From Gammaproteobacteria bacterium (GTDB lineage: Bacteria; Pseudomonadota; Gammaproteobacteria; PIWD01), in NCBI GenBank assembly GCA_003354005.1, contig PIWD01000003.1, forward strand, positions 1 through 60,873: a stretch of 60,873 nt of DNA, read 5' to 3'. The notes below the pieces were generated by a model that was not told the DNA's origin, did not search any database, and was given only the letters and a program-made list of their open reading frames with translations. Shown in pieces: positions 1 through 8,628 of the stretch; positions within the stretch are counted from its first letter, which is position 1, and every line of letters begins with the position of its first letter. Position numbers and translations under genes: made by a program.

Positions 1-32
1 TTAAAAAACAGCAAATGAATAGTGAGCTTCCT

Positions 33-176
33 GTTTGGGAGCAATTTTATGCACTCGCTGGATAATTGTATCCAGAATACAAGCATCCTTTGATCCAATA
101 AAACTTTGCAACACAACCAATAGGCTGGGCGAGCCACAGCAGCTTCAAGAACAAGTGCGTAAAATTGCTCCCAAAC
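33..176. repeat. 23-bp inverted repeat pair (33-55 and 154-176, 1 mismatch) around a 98-bp spacer, MITE-like or long hairpin
   Basis: gtttgggagcaattttatgcact at 33-55 is the reverse complement of agtgcgtaaaattgctcccaaac at 154-176. No convincing ORF in 1-258. Confidence 0.5.
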
Positions 177-258
177 CCCGTCCTTAAGACATGTGGAGCA
201 TCAGATGGAAGCACTAATTGATGTTTCCTGCAAATATAGTGCTGAATATTGGATAGAA

Positions 259-1173
259 CTATTTTAGAGCTGGATCAGCTATATCATCTGATGCAACAAG
301 CTGTTCTGCAAGTGACAAACCAATACTGCCCGCTTTTGATGAGTGCCCTGATGCCTGATTCCGTACGATGCTCTGGCCATCATCACTAGCCACCATTGCA
401 CGTAAATGTAGTATTTGACCAACCTCTAGGCACGCATATGCCGCAATAGGCAAATGACAACCACCACCAAAGTAATTGTTAACAGCACGTTCCGCCAATA
501 CGCATTGGCGCGTGGGTTTGTGATCAAGATGGCGCAACAGTTTTAATAAGGCACTGTCATCTGAGCGACATTCAACTGCAATTACACCCTGTCCAGCCGC
601 TGGAAGCATATCATCCATACTAAAGCAGTGGCCAAGGCTAATGGGATGCCCAAGACGTTGTACACCGATAGCAGCCAATATAATCGCATCGTAGTTACCA
701 GCATAGAGCTTATTCAAACGTGTGCCAACATTCCCTCTCAACATTTTGATTTGGAGATCAGGACGTAAGGCCTTCAATTGCGCCTGCCGACGTAAACTGC
801 TCGTGCCAATTACTGCTTGCTTGGGAAGTTCATGTAATGGCAAGCGATCAGGGTTGATCAATAGGTCGCGTGGGTCATCACGTTCCAACATACACGCAAT
901 GGTCAGCCCATCAGGCAGATACGCAGGCAAATCTTTCATTGAATGAACCGCTAAATCAGCCTCATTGTTTTGTATAGCTCCTTCCAATGCTGTAACAAAA
1001 AGACCTTTACCACCGATTGTAGCCAAAGGTTGCTTGAGAAAACGATCCCCTTCTGTCACAATTTTAACCAATTCAACATCGATGCGCGCATCAATCTTCT
1101 GCAATAAAGTCTGCACATGTCGAGTTTGCCAAAGTGCCAGGGGGCTTTTACGCGTCGCGATACGTATCTTCAA
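259..1173 (-). CDS. hemC: porphobilinogen deaminase (hydroxymethylbilane synthase)
   Basis: Translation KIRIATRKSPLALWQTRHV...HSMKDLP...LRGNVGTRL is typical HemC. The track ORF extends to 1242, but the conserved N-terminus starts at a TTG at 1173. Confidence 0.9.
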   Translation of the reverse strand: MKIRIATRKSPLALWQTRHVQTLLQKIDARIDVELVKIVTEGDRFLKQPLATIGGKGLFVTALEGAIQNNEADLAVHSMKDLPAYLPDGLTIACMLERDDPRDLLINPDRLPLHELPKQAVIGTSSLRRQAQLKALRPDLQIKMLRGNVGTRLNKLYAGNYDAIILAAIGVQRLGHPISLGHCFSMDDMLPAAGQGVIAVECRSDDSALLKLLRHLDHKPTRQCVLAERAVNNYFGGGCHLPIAAYACLEVGQILHLRAMVASDDGQSIVRNQASGHSSKAGSIGLSLAEQLVASDDIADPALK

Positions 1174-2029
1174 TACATTGATCCTTTTTCTGCCAACGCT
1201 CCGCAAACCATCGATTAAGATCACGACGAGCACTTCGATCACTCGCGCCTAATTTACGCAAGCGGTCATCAACGGGAATAGCATCATAGTAAACTGTTGT
1301 TTTTTTTATACGCCCACATAAATAATCCCACAGGCTAATATGTTTAGGGTAGATAATCGTGACATCAACAATCGTTTGAAGTTGATCCCCTAACCCTTGC
1401 AGAGCCAAAGCTAGCCCGCCACTTTTAGGCTTTAGTAAGTGCTTGTACGGCGATTGCTGCCGTTGTTTTTTCTCATAGGTATAACGTGTTCCTTCAATAA
1501 AGCAAGCTAATACACTGGGTCTCGTACGACAAACTGCACAAGCTTTTCTAATAATGTCCATATCAGCATGCTTATTAACCCTCGTCTTCTTCAAATCACT
1601 TTTTTGATAACGTGATAAAAATGGAAATCCTAATGCACGACAAGCAAGCCCTCCCAGTGGCAACCATAGTAGTTCCTGCTTCATGAAAAAACGCAACGCA
1701 GGCAATCTACGATGAAAGACACGTAATAAAATAAGAATATCAACCCAACTGCGATGGTTGCTGAATAGAAATGTCCAACTGTTTGGTAGCAAAACACCCG
1801 TTCCATGAAGATCGATGTGTACATCCCACACTAGTACATTGTTTACATCTACAAACCAACCAAACAAGGCAAAGCCAAGCCCTTGCCACCACGCCCGCAA
1901 TGAAGGAAATGGCATCAAAAGCCCAATCAATGTACAAATTATAATGAGCAAGGCAAACATCATCATGCTCGATAAGCACAGAACACCCACGATCGTACCA
2001 CGCAAAGGTAGCAAGTAATGTCGCAACAT
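1148..2029 (-). CDS. membrane acyltransferase (PlsC/LPLAT family)
   Basis: N-terminal TM segments, an HX4D motif (NHRSWVD) and an FIEGTR motif. Confidence 0.75.
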   Translation of the reverse strand: MLRHYLLPLRGTIVGVLCLSSMMMFALLIIICTLIGLLMPFPSLRAWWQGLGFALFGWFVDVNNVLVWDVHIDLHGTGVLLPNSWTFLFSNHRSWVDILILLRVFHRRLPALRFFMKQELLWLPLGGLACRALGFPFLSRYQKSDLKKTRVNKHADMDIIRKACAVCRTRPSVLACFIEGTRYTYEKKQRQQSPYKHLLKPKSGGLALALQGLGDQLQTIVDVTIIYPKHISLWDYLCGRIKKTTVYYDAIPVDDRLRKLGASDRSARRDLNRWFAERWQKKDQCIEDTYRDA

Positions 2030-2734
2030 CTAGCGAGCCGTTGTCGTTAAAATGGAAGTCTGTACATATGCCATAACAGCATCATACAATTTTGGCAATT
2101 GACCGTGGAAAAAGTGCCCCACATTTGGTATAGCGACAAGCTGAGGTGATGGCTGTACGCGCTCTGCCCACTGCACCATTTGATCAGATGGTACAACTTC
2201 ATCTTGCAAGCCAAGCACAACAAGCCAAGGCACCTTTTGTGTTAACTGCATTTGAAAATCCAAACGATCAACAGGAGGTGCAATACAGATTAAGCCAGCT
2301 AAATCTGGACAACTCTGTGCTGCTTGAAAAGCAATATAGCTCCCAAATGAAAAACCAACCAGTAAAAACCCTCTGGGCGTTAAACTATCTATTGCCCAAT
2401 GCAAGACAGCTTGTATATCAGCTAATGCTCCCTGCACACCATCGTGTTCACCTGTACTACCTCCAACACCGCGAAAGTTAAACCGTATACTAGCAATATT
2501 TAAGTCACACAAGACGCGAGCAACAGATGTCACAACTTTATTATTCATCGTGCCACCTTGTTGCGGATTGGGATGACAGATAATCGCAAGCGGAGTCGTG
2601 TGCTGCTCAGGCAATTCCATCGGGGTGTGTGTATGAATCGCCCGCAAGATTCCTGCTGGCCCCTTTATGTCCAACTCAGACACCCGCCCCTTTAACATAA
2701 AGAGTGCCCCTCCATGCGTAAAGGCACTGTCCAA
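2030..2734 (-). CDS. alpha/beta-fold hydrolase
   Basis: Nucleophile elbow GFSFGS, a C-terminal GHFF motif, about 230 aa. Confidence 0.7.
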   Translation of the reverse strand: MDSAFTHGGALFMLKGRVSELDIKGPAGILRAIHTHTPMELPEQHTTPLAIICHPNPQQGGTMNNKVVTSVARVLCDLNIASIRFNFRGVGGSTGEHDGVQGALADIQAVLHWAIDSLTPRGFLLVGFSFGSYIAFQAAQSCPDLAGLICIAPPVDRLDFQMQLTQKVPWLVVLGLQDEVVPSDQMVQWAERVQPSPQLVAIPNVGHFFHGQLPKLYDAVMAYVQTSILTTTAR

Positions 2735-2756
2735 AATCGCGTTATTATCGACTTCA

Positions 2757-2921
2757 TCATGCTTCTAGCATTTCAAAATCATGTTTTGTGGAGCCACAAG
2801 TAGGGCAGCACCAGTGATCAGGGACATCCTTCCACTTTGTGCCAGGCGCAATAGCATCACCTTCCCACCCATATTCTTCCTCATACATAAAGCCACAAAC
2901 TAAACAAATATATCGATTCAT
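2757..2921 (-). CDS. rubredoxin (54 aa, below the ORF-track cutoff)
   Basis: Hand translation gives MNRYICLVCGFMYEEEYGWEGDAIAPGTKWKDVPDHWCCPTCGSTKHDFEMLEA, with CxxC...CPxCG iron-binding knuckles and the WxCPxC signature. Confidence 0.85.
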   Translation of the reverse strand: MNRYICLVCGFMYEEEYGWEGDAIAPGTKWKDVPDHWCCPTCGSTKHDFEMLEA

Positions 2922-2958
2922 ACAGCTTCCTCTAATTACAAATTATAGCGAATTGACA

Positions 2959-3050
2959 CCCTCCCTAAAGAAAGGGGAGTCCTATTACTAAGCTGGTTGT
3001 TGGTCAACCATTGCCAGAGTTTCCTGCTTCATCGAATCAGCTAATGCCAT
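2959..3050 (+). repeat. dispersed repeat family R1, copy A
   Basis: About 80% identical over about 92 bp to the reverse complement of 41381-41474 (ccctccctaaagaaagg...ctaagctggttgttggtc.acc...ctgcttcatcgaatc). Confidence 0.8.
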
Positions 3051-3116
3051 CTCTCCACAGGCCAACATGGCATGCCCTGCCACTAAAATGAATGTAACAG
3101 CTTAGTGTGGAATAGT

Positions 3117-3214
3117 CAACAAAATACTGAAGATCACAAGAGACGCTTGACTAGCAGGAAGCCCTACATCCTCCCTCCAAACGAGGAGGTCTTACGGTGA
3201 GCTTGAATAAAAAG
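3117..3214 (+). repeat. dispersed repeat family R2, copy A (contiguous with R1-A, together a roughly 256-bp composite element)
   Basis: The head acaaaatactga..acaagagacgcttgactagca matches 4967-5005. The tail tcctccctccaaacgaggaggtcttacggtgagcttgaataaaaag matches the reverse complement of 58681-58726. Confidence 0.75.
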
Positions 3215-3218
3215 GGCT

Positions 3219-3779
3219 TTACCTTCCGAATTTTTTTACGATTGTAGCAATATGAATATTCTGTAAATGCTGCTGATCTTGTTTTGCTGCCCCCAAATTT
3301 GGGTATGGCCCAATGATAATTTGATTTTGATGGTTCTTCTTAGTCGCCACTTTTACTTCAAACCCCAGCAAAGATAAACGTGCTTTATACTGTTGGACAG
3401 CTCGGTCATCAAGCCATCGCTTCAACCATAGCTGATAACCTGCATTGATCTCTCTAAAAGCAGGACTAGGCGGTGCTGTTGGCTTAGCCTTGGGTAGTTC
3501 CGTATAAAAATCAAACTGTAAGGAAGGTTCTTCTTTTTTCTTTTCTTTTATTTGTGGAATAGCCTTTTTTTCTTTCTTTTCTTGATGGGCAAGCGTCGTA
3601 GGCTTAATAGACTCAGTTGGTTTAATAGCCTGTAGTATATGCCTCTGATATACAAAGCTAATAATAAGACCCGCGAGTAGCCCCAAGCAAAAACACAGCA
3701 GGTACTTATGCCATTTAATTCGATTCCGATAGCCTTGGTGGCGATAACGTCGTCTATCATGTCTATATCGCTTAGACAC
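3219..3779 (-). CDS. SPOR-domain cell-division/peptidoglycan-binding protein
   Basis: Basic N-terminus, one TM, a K/E-rich linker, and a C-terminal SPOR-like fold (GYQLWL...RLSLLGFEVKV...IIIGPYPNLGAAK). Confidence 0.7.
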   Translation of the reverse strand: MSKRYRHDRRRYRHQGYRNRIKWHKYLLCFCLGLLAGLIISFVYQRHILQAIKPTESIKPTTLAHQEKKEKKAIPQIKEKKKEEPSLQFDFYTELPKAKPTAPPSPAFREINAGYQLWLKRWLDDRAVQQYKARLSLLGFEVKVATKKNHQNQIIIGPYPNLGAAKQDQQHLQNIHIATIVKKFGR

Positions 3780-4488
3780 GGCTTATATACTCCACACCTA
3801 CATCACCAGCAAGCAATAGTAAATCAGCACGGCGACTGACAAAAAGACCGTGCGTCACAACACCAGCAAGTTGATTTAAAGCTGTTTCCCAATTATCAAG
3901 ATCCCGCAATGGCAAACCGTAAACATCCAAGATAACATTTCCATAATCCGTTACAGTGCCTTGTCGATAGACTGGTGTACCACCTAAAGCAACCAGTTTT
4001 CTGGCAACAAAACTCCTGGCCATCGGAATAACTTCAATAGGAAGTGATGTTACTTTACCCAATTGTTCAACATATTTACTTTTATCAGCAATACAAATAA
4101 ACCGTTGTGCAACCTGGGCAACAATTTTTTCCCCAGTCAATGCGGCACCATGGCCTTTGATCATGGCCAAATGTCGGTTAATCTCATCTGTACCATCGAT
4201 GTAAACGGGCAATTCCGTTATATCATTTAAGGAAACAACAGGTATCTTAGCCTGCTGTAGCTGATGTGCTGTCATCTTGGAACTGGCAACCGCAGCTTTT
4301 ATAGGAATAGCTGATTCAGCCAATGCCTCTATAAAACACTGCACCGTACTTCCTGTGCCCACCCCAATGACACTATTTTCATCAACATAGGCTAATGCTG
4401 CCTTTGCCACAACACGCTTCAGATCAAGCTGATTGTTCGGTGCTTTGTTTTTCAAAATAACCCGCCTGGATGCATTGACACCCCCCAT
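3772..4488 (-). CDS. rpiA: ribose-5-phosphate isomerase A
   Basis: GVGTGSTV, IDGTDEI and KGHGAALTGEK motifs, about 230 aa. Confidence 0.9.
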   Translation of the reverse strand: MGGVNASRRVILKNKAPNNQLDLKRVVAKAALAYVDENSVIGVGTGSTVQCFIEALAESAIPIKAAVASSKMTAHQLQQAKIPVVSLNDITELPVYIDGTDEINRHLAMIKGHGAALTGEKIVAQVAQRFICIADKSKYVEQLGKVTSLPIEVIPMARSFVARKLVALGGTPVYRQGTVTDYGNVILDVYGLPLRDLDNWETALNQLAGVVTHGLFVSRRADLLLLAGDVGVEYISRV

Positions 4489-4578
4489 AATCTTAAGGTA
4501 AAAAGAGTGCCACTCGAGACACTAGCATACTTTATCGTGTTTTGTCAAAACTGGGGTTAGTATGGTATAACACAGTAG

Positions 4579-4767
4579 TTAAAAACCTTCCCATATGACA
4601 GGCCGCAATGCGGGGCTTTGCACTCTAGTAGTGCGGTCTCGTTTTTCAAAGATGGATTGGTGCTTTTTAATTTCAGCCTGCTGAGAAAGTGAAAGCGGGG
4701 TAGAGCGATCAAATCCTTGTAGAAAGAGATCAATATCACTAACATACCGATGCTGTTTGCGAATCAT
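4579..4767 (-). CDS. small hypothetical protein (62 aa from the internal Met)
   Basis: The track ORF 4579-4908 has its N-terminal third encoded by a tandem DNA repeat. A plausible start is MIRKQHRYVSDIDLFLQGF. Confidence 0.3.
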   Translation of the reverse strand: MIRKQHRYVSDIDLFLQGFDRSTPLSLSQQAEIKKHQSIFEKRDRTTRVQSPALRPVIWEGF

Positions 4768-4860
4768 AATGTATACCCTCATGAGTGAATAAGCGATGTT
4801 ATATAACACGTTTTTATACTCTGGCTTAACATCCTCGCCTGAAGTATACTGTTGCTCTAT

Positions 4861-4906
4861 TGGAATGTAAAGGTGGAATGTAAAGGGGAATGTAAAGGGG
4901 AATGCC
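4861..4906. repeat. tandem repeat, 12-13 bp unit (t/g)ggaatgtaaagg x3.6
   Basis: Read directly: tggaatgtaaagg tggaatgtaaagg ggaatgtaaagg ggaatgcc. Confidence 0.9.
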
Positions 4907-4966
4907 AAGAAATATTAGAACGGGCGGGCACTATTCGTTTAACATGCGCGTATATTTGGCCTTTGT

Positions 4967-5073
4967 TACAAAATACTGAGTAACACAAGAGACACTTGAC
5001 TAGCACTAGCAGTGTGCCTTATACCTGAGGGGAAGGGGTTTTACCAATAATGTGCTGAGTCTTATGAAATAAA
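4967..5073 (+). repeat. dispersed repeat family R2, copy C (diverged full-length copy)
   Basis: tacaaaatactgagtaacacaagagacacttgactagca, then a diverged tail (..ggggttttacc..tgctgagtcttatgaaataaa). It ends 10 bp before the start codon at 5083. Confidence 0.65.
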
Positions 5074-5082
5074 CAATAAAAT

Positions 5083-8000
5083 ATGAATAAACCAGATCAA
5101 CTACACATGCGAAATGGGTTTAGTTTCGAGGAATTGCAGACACCTGCTGGGTTGCAGCGCCTTGACCAGTCATTTTTAGATTTTTTGGCGAGACAGCATA
5201 CAGCCGTATATCAAACTATATTGCGGCATCGTAGCCAAACCTTTAGCAAACAGGAGGTGAGTGAATTTATCCTTGCATGTGCACCCTTGCTCGAGGCGTT
5301 TATTGTAGACTTATACAATCTTCATCAACCCGTTGCTGCATTAAAAGCAATGTGTTTAGCACATGACTCCATTTTCTTATTTAAAAAGCATTATGTATTG
5401 CAAGAGGCGTGTCGTAAAATACGCCAGAAGATAGTGATCACGTCTAATTTTAAGCAACAACAGCATTGGCTAGAAACTGCCCTGCAAGAAAATGGCTCGC
5501 TTGAACACGATCGTGAACTGGCTGTCGCGAACCTAGGCCAATTTTATCTGTCAAAACCAAAGCAATACGCTGGTCAAATTGATAAATTAATTGACTGGTG
5601 TGTCATGGTGATGTGCGATGAAGTGGGGAAAAAGCAGGTTATTGGCTGGTCCAGTTTCAAGCTTCCAGAAAGACGTGATAATATGGAGTTGGTGTCAACT
5701 GTTAGGGTTAAAGATGACCTTTTCCAGCGTCTGAGCATACCAAACGATCAGCGTCATCATCGTGAAGGGTTTGCTTTGACCGACAAACGTTTCAACCTTC
5801 GTCAGATTTACGACCAACTGCATTACTGCGTCTACTGCCATGCGCGTGATAGTGATTTTTGTTCAAGTGGATTTCCCGTAAAAAAAGGAAAGCCTGAATT
5901 AGGGTTACGACAGCATCCGCTGGGCGACATCATGATGGGCTGCCCCTTGGATGAAAAAATATCTGAAATGCAGTACCTTAAGAAACAAGGCGATGCCATT
6001 GCTGCACTAGCAACCATTATTATCGATAACCCACTTTGTCCATTGACAGGACACCGCATTTGCAATGATTGTATGAAATCCTGCATCTATCAGAAACAAG
6101 CCCCCGTTGATACCCCTCAGATTGAAACACGTGTACTAACTGATGTCTTGCATTTACCTTGGGGTGTCGAGATTTATGATCTATTGGTACGCTGGAATCC
6201 ACTGCGCCAACGTCAGTGGTGCGCCAAGGCTAATAATGGACACCGTGTACTAATTATGGGGATGGGGCCCGCTGGGATCACACTGGCTCATCATTTATTA
6301 ATGGAAGGCTGTACTGTCGTTGGGATGGACGGCCTTAAGATCGAACATTTGCCAACAGACTTATTACAAGGCCCTGTGCATCGTTATGCTGATTGGCTAG
6401 AACCCTTGGACAATCGTCAGATTTTAGGATTTGGTGGTGTCGCTGAATATGGCATCACTTCACGTTGGGATAAAAATTTTTTAAAACTTGTGTACCTGAC
6501 ACTTACTAGGCGACAGCATTTTCAACTCATCGATAACGTACGGTTTGGTGGCAACTTAACAGTTGAGCGTGCTCAGCAACTTGGTTTTGAGCACCTAGCT
6601 ATTGCAGTGGGGGCTGGATTACCACGAGAACTAATGATTCCCAATAGCTTGGCACCAGGCATGTATCATGCCAGTGATTTTTTAATGCGCCTACAGTTAA
6701 CTGGCCTTAACCAAAAAAAAGAACCCCCGACCTTCACCGTTCAATTGCCAGCAGTTATCATTGGCGGTGGTCTGACGGCGGTTGACACAGCTACAGAAGT
6801 ACAGGCTTATTACCTAACACAGATTGAAAAACGTCTATGCTACTATGAAAACTGGGAGCGACAGGGATATGTTGACGAAAAATTAGCGCAGCTTAGCCCC
6901 CTAGAGCAAGCCTGCTTACAAGAACAAATAACACATGCAAAACAATTGCGCCAATTACGTCAGTCCTATCAAAATAGCAGCGAACCATTACCCGTAAACG
7001 ACCTGATACGTCAATGGGGGGGGGTGACCTTAGCCTATAGGCGGTCGATATTGGAATCTCCAGCTTACCGACAAAACCACGATGAACTAGCTAGCGCACT
7101 GCAAGAAGGGATTTATTATGCCGAACACCTACAACCACTCGCTGTACAGCTTGATCAGCAGGGGCATGTAAGTGGATTGCGCTGTTATCGGCAGCAAGAC
7201 AATCAGCCTGGTGAAATAGTACTGCCAGCACGCACAATTTTTGTTGCAACTGGTGCTAAACCAAATATAGCCTACGAATATGAACATCGTGGAACCTTTG
7301 AACGTGATTTAAATTCATATTCCATGTACACCCTGCAAAATAGTAGCATGTTACCGATCCCCACACGAACAGACCAGCATTGTAAGCAGCCATCAATTGG
7401 CATGTTCACCAGCTACTGTCGTGGTACATTTCGTATAAGCTTTCTAGGTGATATTCACCCCGTTTTTCACGGCAGTCTTGCCAAAGCAATGGCCTCTGGC
7501 AAAGCTGCCTATCCTAAAATCATGCAGGCACTACAACAAACTGCCCAGCCGAAGCTAACCCATCTACACAACCGATCATGGTTAAACCACCTGAAAGAAC
7601 AGTTCTCAGCATCCGTCATCAGTAACCAAGTGTGCCATCCCGATTGGCAGCGAGTTGTGCTAAAAGCCCCGATTGCAGCTGATGCTTACCAGCCAGGGCA
7701 ATTCTATCGGCTGCAACGCTATATGGTGCATACGCCAGGCAAATGCCATAGTGTGCCCCGTATCGTGTTGCCTGTAGCAGTAGATGCCAGCTTGGGACAG
7801 CTGGAATTTTTGATACGCTTACAGCCATCAGATGGACAGAGCCTGCAAGACCTGCAAATTGGGGAGAAAATTGCCCTAATGGGACCAACAGGAGCCTATA
7901 TAAAACTACCAAAAAAATCGAATGGCAAAGTACTTATCATTGGTGACCAGCAAGGCATGATTGCTACACCTGTTTTGGCTAAAGCCATGGCAGCGCAAGG

Positions 8001-8544
8001 CTATCAAGTATTTTACATTAGCTGCCTTCCATCGAAAGACACATTAATAGACCAAAAGCAAATAGAAAATAGCTTCGATGCTGTGTATTGGATCGTACAA
8101 CAAGGACAGACCATCACGAAACAACGCATACAAGATCGCAGTGTTGTATGTAAGGATTTATCGGGTATGGCTGGACTATTCATCGCATTACAAAAATCCC
8201 ACAGATGGCCGGCATTGGGTGGTATAAAGGACTGTGACCGTATCCAAGTATTCGGAGACGTTAGCTTATTAGCCCTCGTCCGTAAAATCTATCAGGAAAA
8301 CTGGAAGCCTAAGACGCATCATGCAAACGTGATCGGAGGCGTCCATGGCCCCATGCAATGCATGTTAAAAGGCATATGCGCCCAATGTTTGCAGTGGCAG
8401 ATAGATGAAACTGGGCAGCGCACCAAGGCTGTCTTTGCCTGCTCCTGGCAAGACCAGCCCCTAACCTTAATTGACCTTGAACATCTTGCAATACGTCGTC
8501 AGCCCGAACGACTGGCACAGCTATTCTCCAAACGCAACACTTGA
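5083..8544 (+). CDS. large multidomain Fe-S flavoprotein oxidoreductase (GltD-like FAD/NAD(P)H module fused to a PyrK-like ferredoxin-reductase module)
   Basis: Cys clusters (YCVYCH..C, CNDCMKSC), two Rossmann motifs (GMGPAGITLA, IIGGGLTAVDTA), and a C-terminal 2Fe-2S-type motif CMLKGICAQC...AC. Confidence 0.7.
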   Translation: MNKPDQLHMRNGFSFEELQTPAGLQRLDQSFLDFLARQHTAVYQTILRHRSQTFSKQEVSEFILACAPLLEAFIVDLYNLHQPVAALKAMCLAHDSIFLFKKHYVLQEACRKIRQKIVITSNFKQQQHWLETALQENGSLEHDRELAVANLGQFYLSKPKQYAGQIDKLIDWCVMVMCDEVGKKQVIGWSSFKLPERRDNMELVSTVRVKDDLFQRLSIPNDQRHHREGFALTDKRFNLRQIYDQLHYCVYCHARDSDFCSSGFPVKKGKPELGLRQHPLGDIMMGCPLDEKISEMQYLKKQGDAIAALATIIIDNPLCPLTGHRICNDCMKSCIYQKQAPVDTPQIETRVLTDVLHLPWGVEIYDLLVRWNPLRQRQWCAKANNGHRVLIMGMGPAGITLAHHLLMEGCTVVGMDGLKIEHLPTDLLQGPVHRYADWLEPLDNRQILGFGGVAEYGITSRWDKNFLKLVYLTLTRRQHFQLIDNVRFGGNLTVERAQQLGFEHLAIAVGAGLPRELMIPNSLAPGMYHASDFLMRLQLTGLNQKKEPPTFTVQLPAVIIGGGLTAVDTATEVQAYYLTQIEKRLCYYENWERQGYVDEKLAQLSPLEQACLQEQITHAKQLRQLRQSYQNSSEPLPVNDLIRQWGGVTLAYRRSILESPAYRQNHDELASALQEGIYYAEHLQPLAVQLDQQGHVSGLRCYRQQDNQPGEIVLPARTIFVATGAKPNIAYEYEHRGTFERDLNSYSMYTLQNSSMLPIPTRTDQHCKQPSIGMFTSYCRGTFRISFLGDIHPVFHGSLAKAMASGKAAYPKIMQALQQTAQPKLTHLHNRSWLNHLKEQFSASVISNQVCHPDWQRVVLKAPIAADAYQPGQFYRLQRYMVHTPGKCHSVPRIVLPVAVDASLGQLEFLIRLQPSDGQSLQDLQIGEKIALMGPTGAYIKLPKKSNGKVLIIGDQQGMIATPVLAKAMAAQGYQVFYISCLPSKDTLIDQKQIENSFDAVYWIVQQGQTITKQRIQDRSVVCKDLSGMAGLFIALQKSHRWPALGGIKDCDRIQVFGDVSLLALVRKIYQENWKPKTHHANVIGGVHGPMQCMLKGICAQCLQWQIDETGQRTKAVFACSWQDQPLTLIDLEHLAIRRQPERLAQLFSKRNT

Positions 8545-8628
8545 TATATGCCTCATTTTGTGATACAATTGATATACCAACGATGGAGTCGATAGTGGGC
8601 GTTTTTGCAAATGAGGGGGTAGGTTATT

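Noticed and set aside
1-258. hemD expected downstream of hemC
   Set aside because: All three minus-strand frames are interrupted or lack a start, and none resembles uroporphyrinogen-III synthase. The region is dominated by an inverted repeat.
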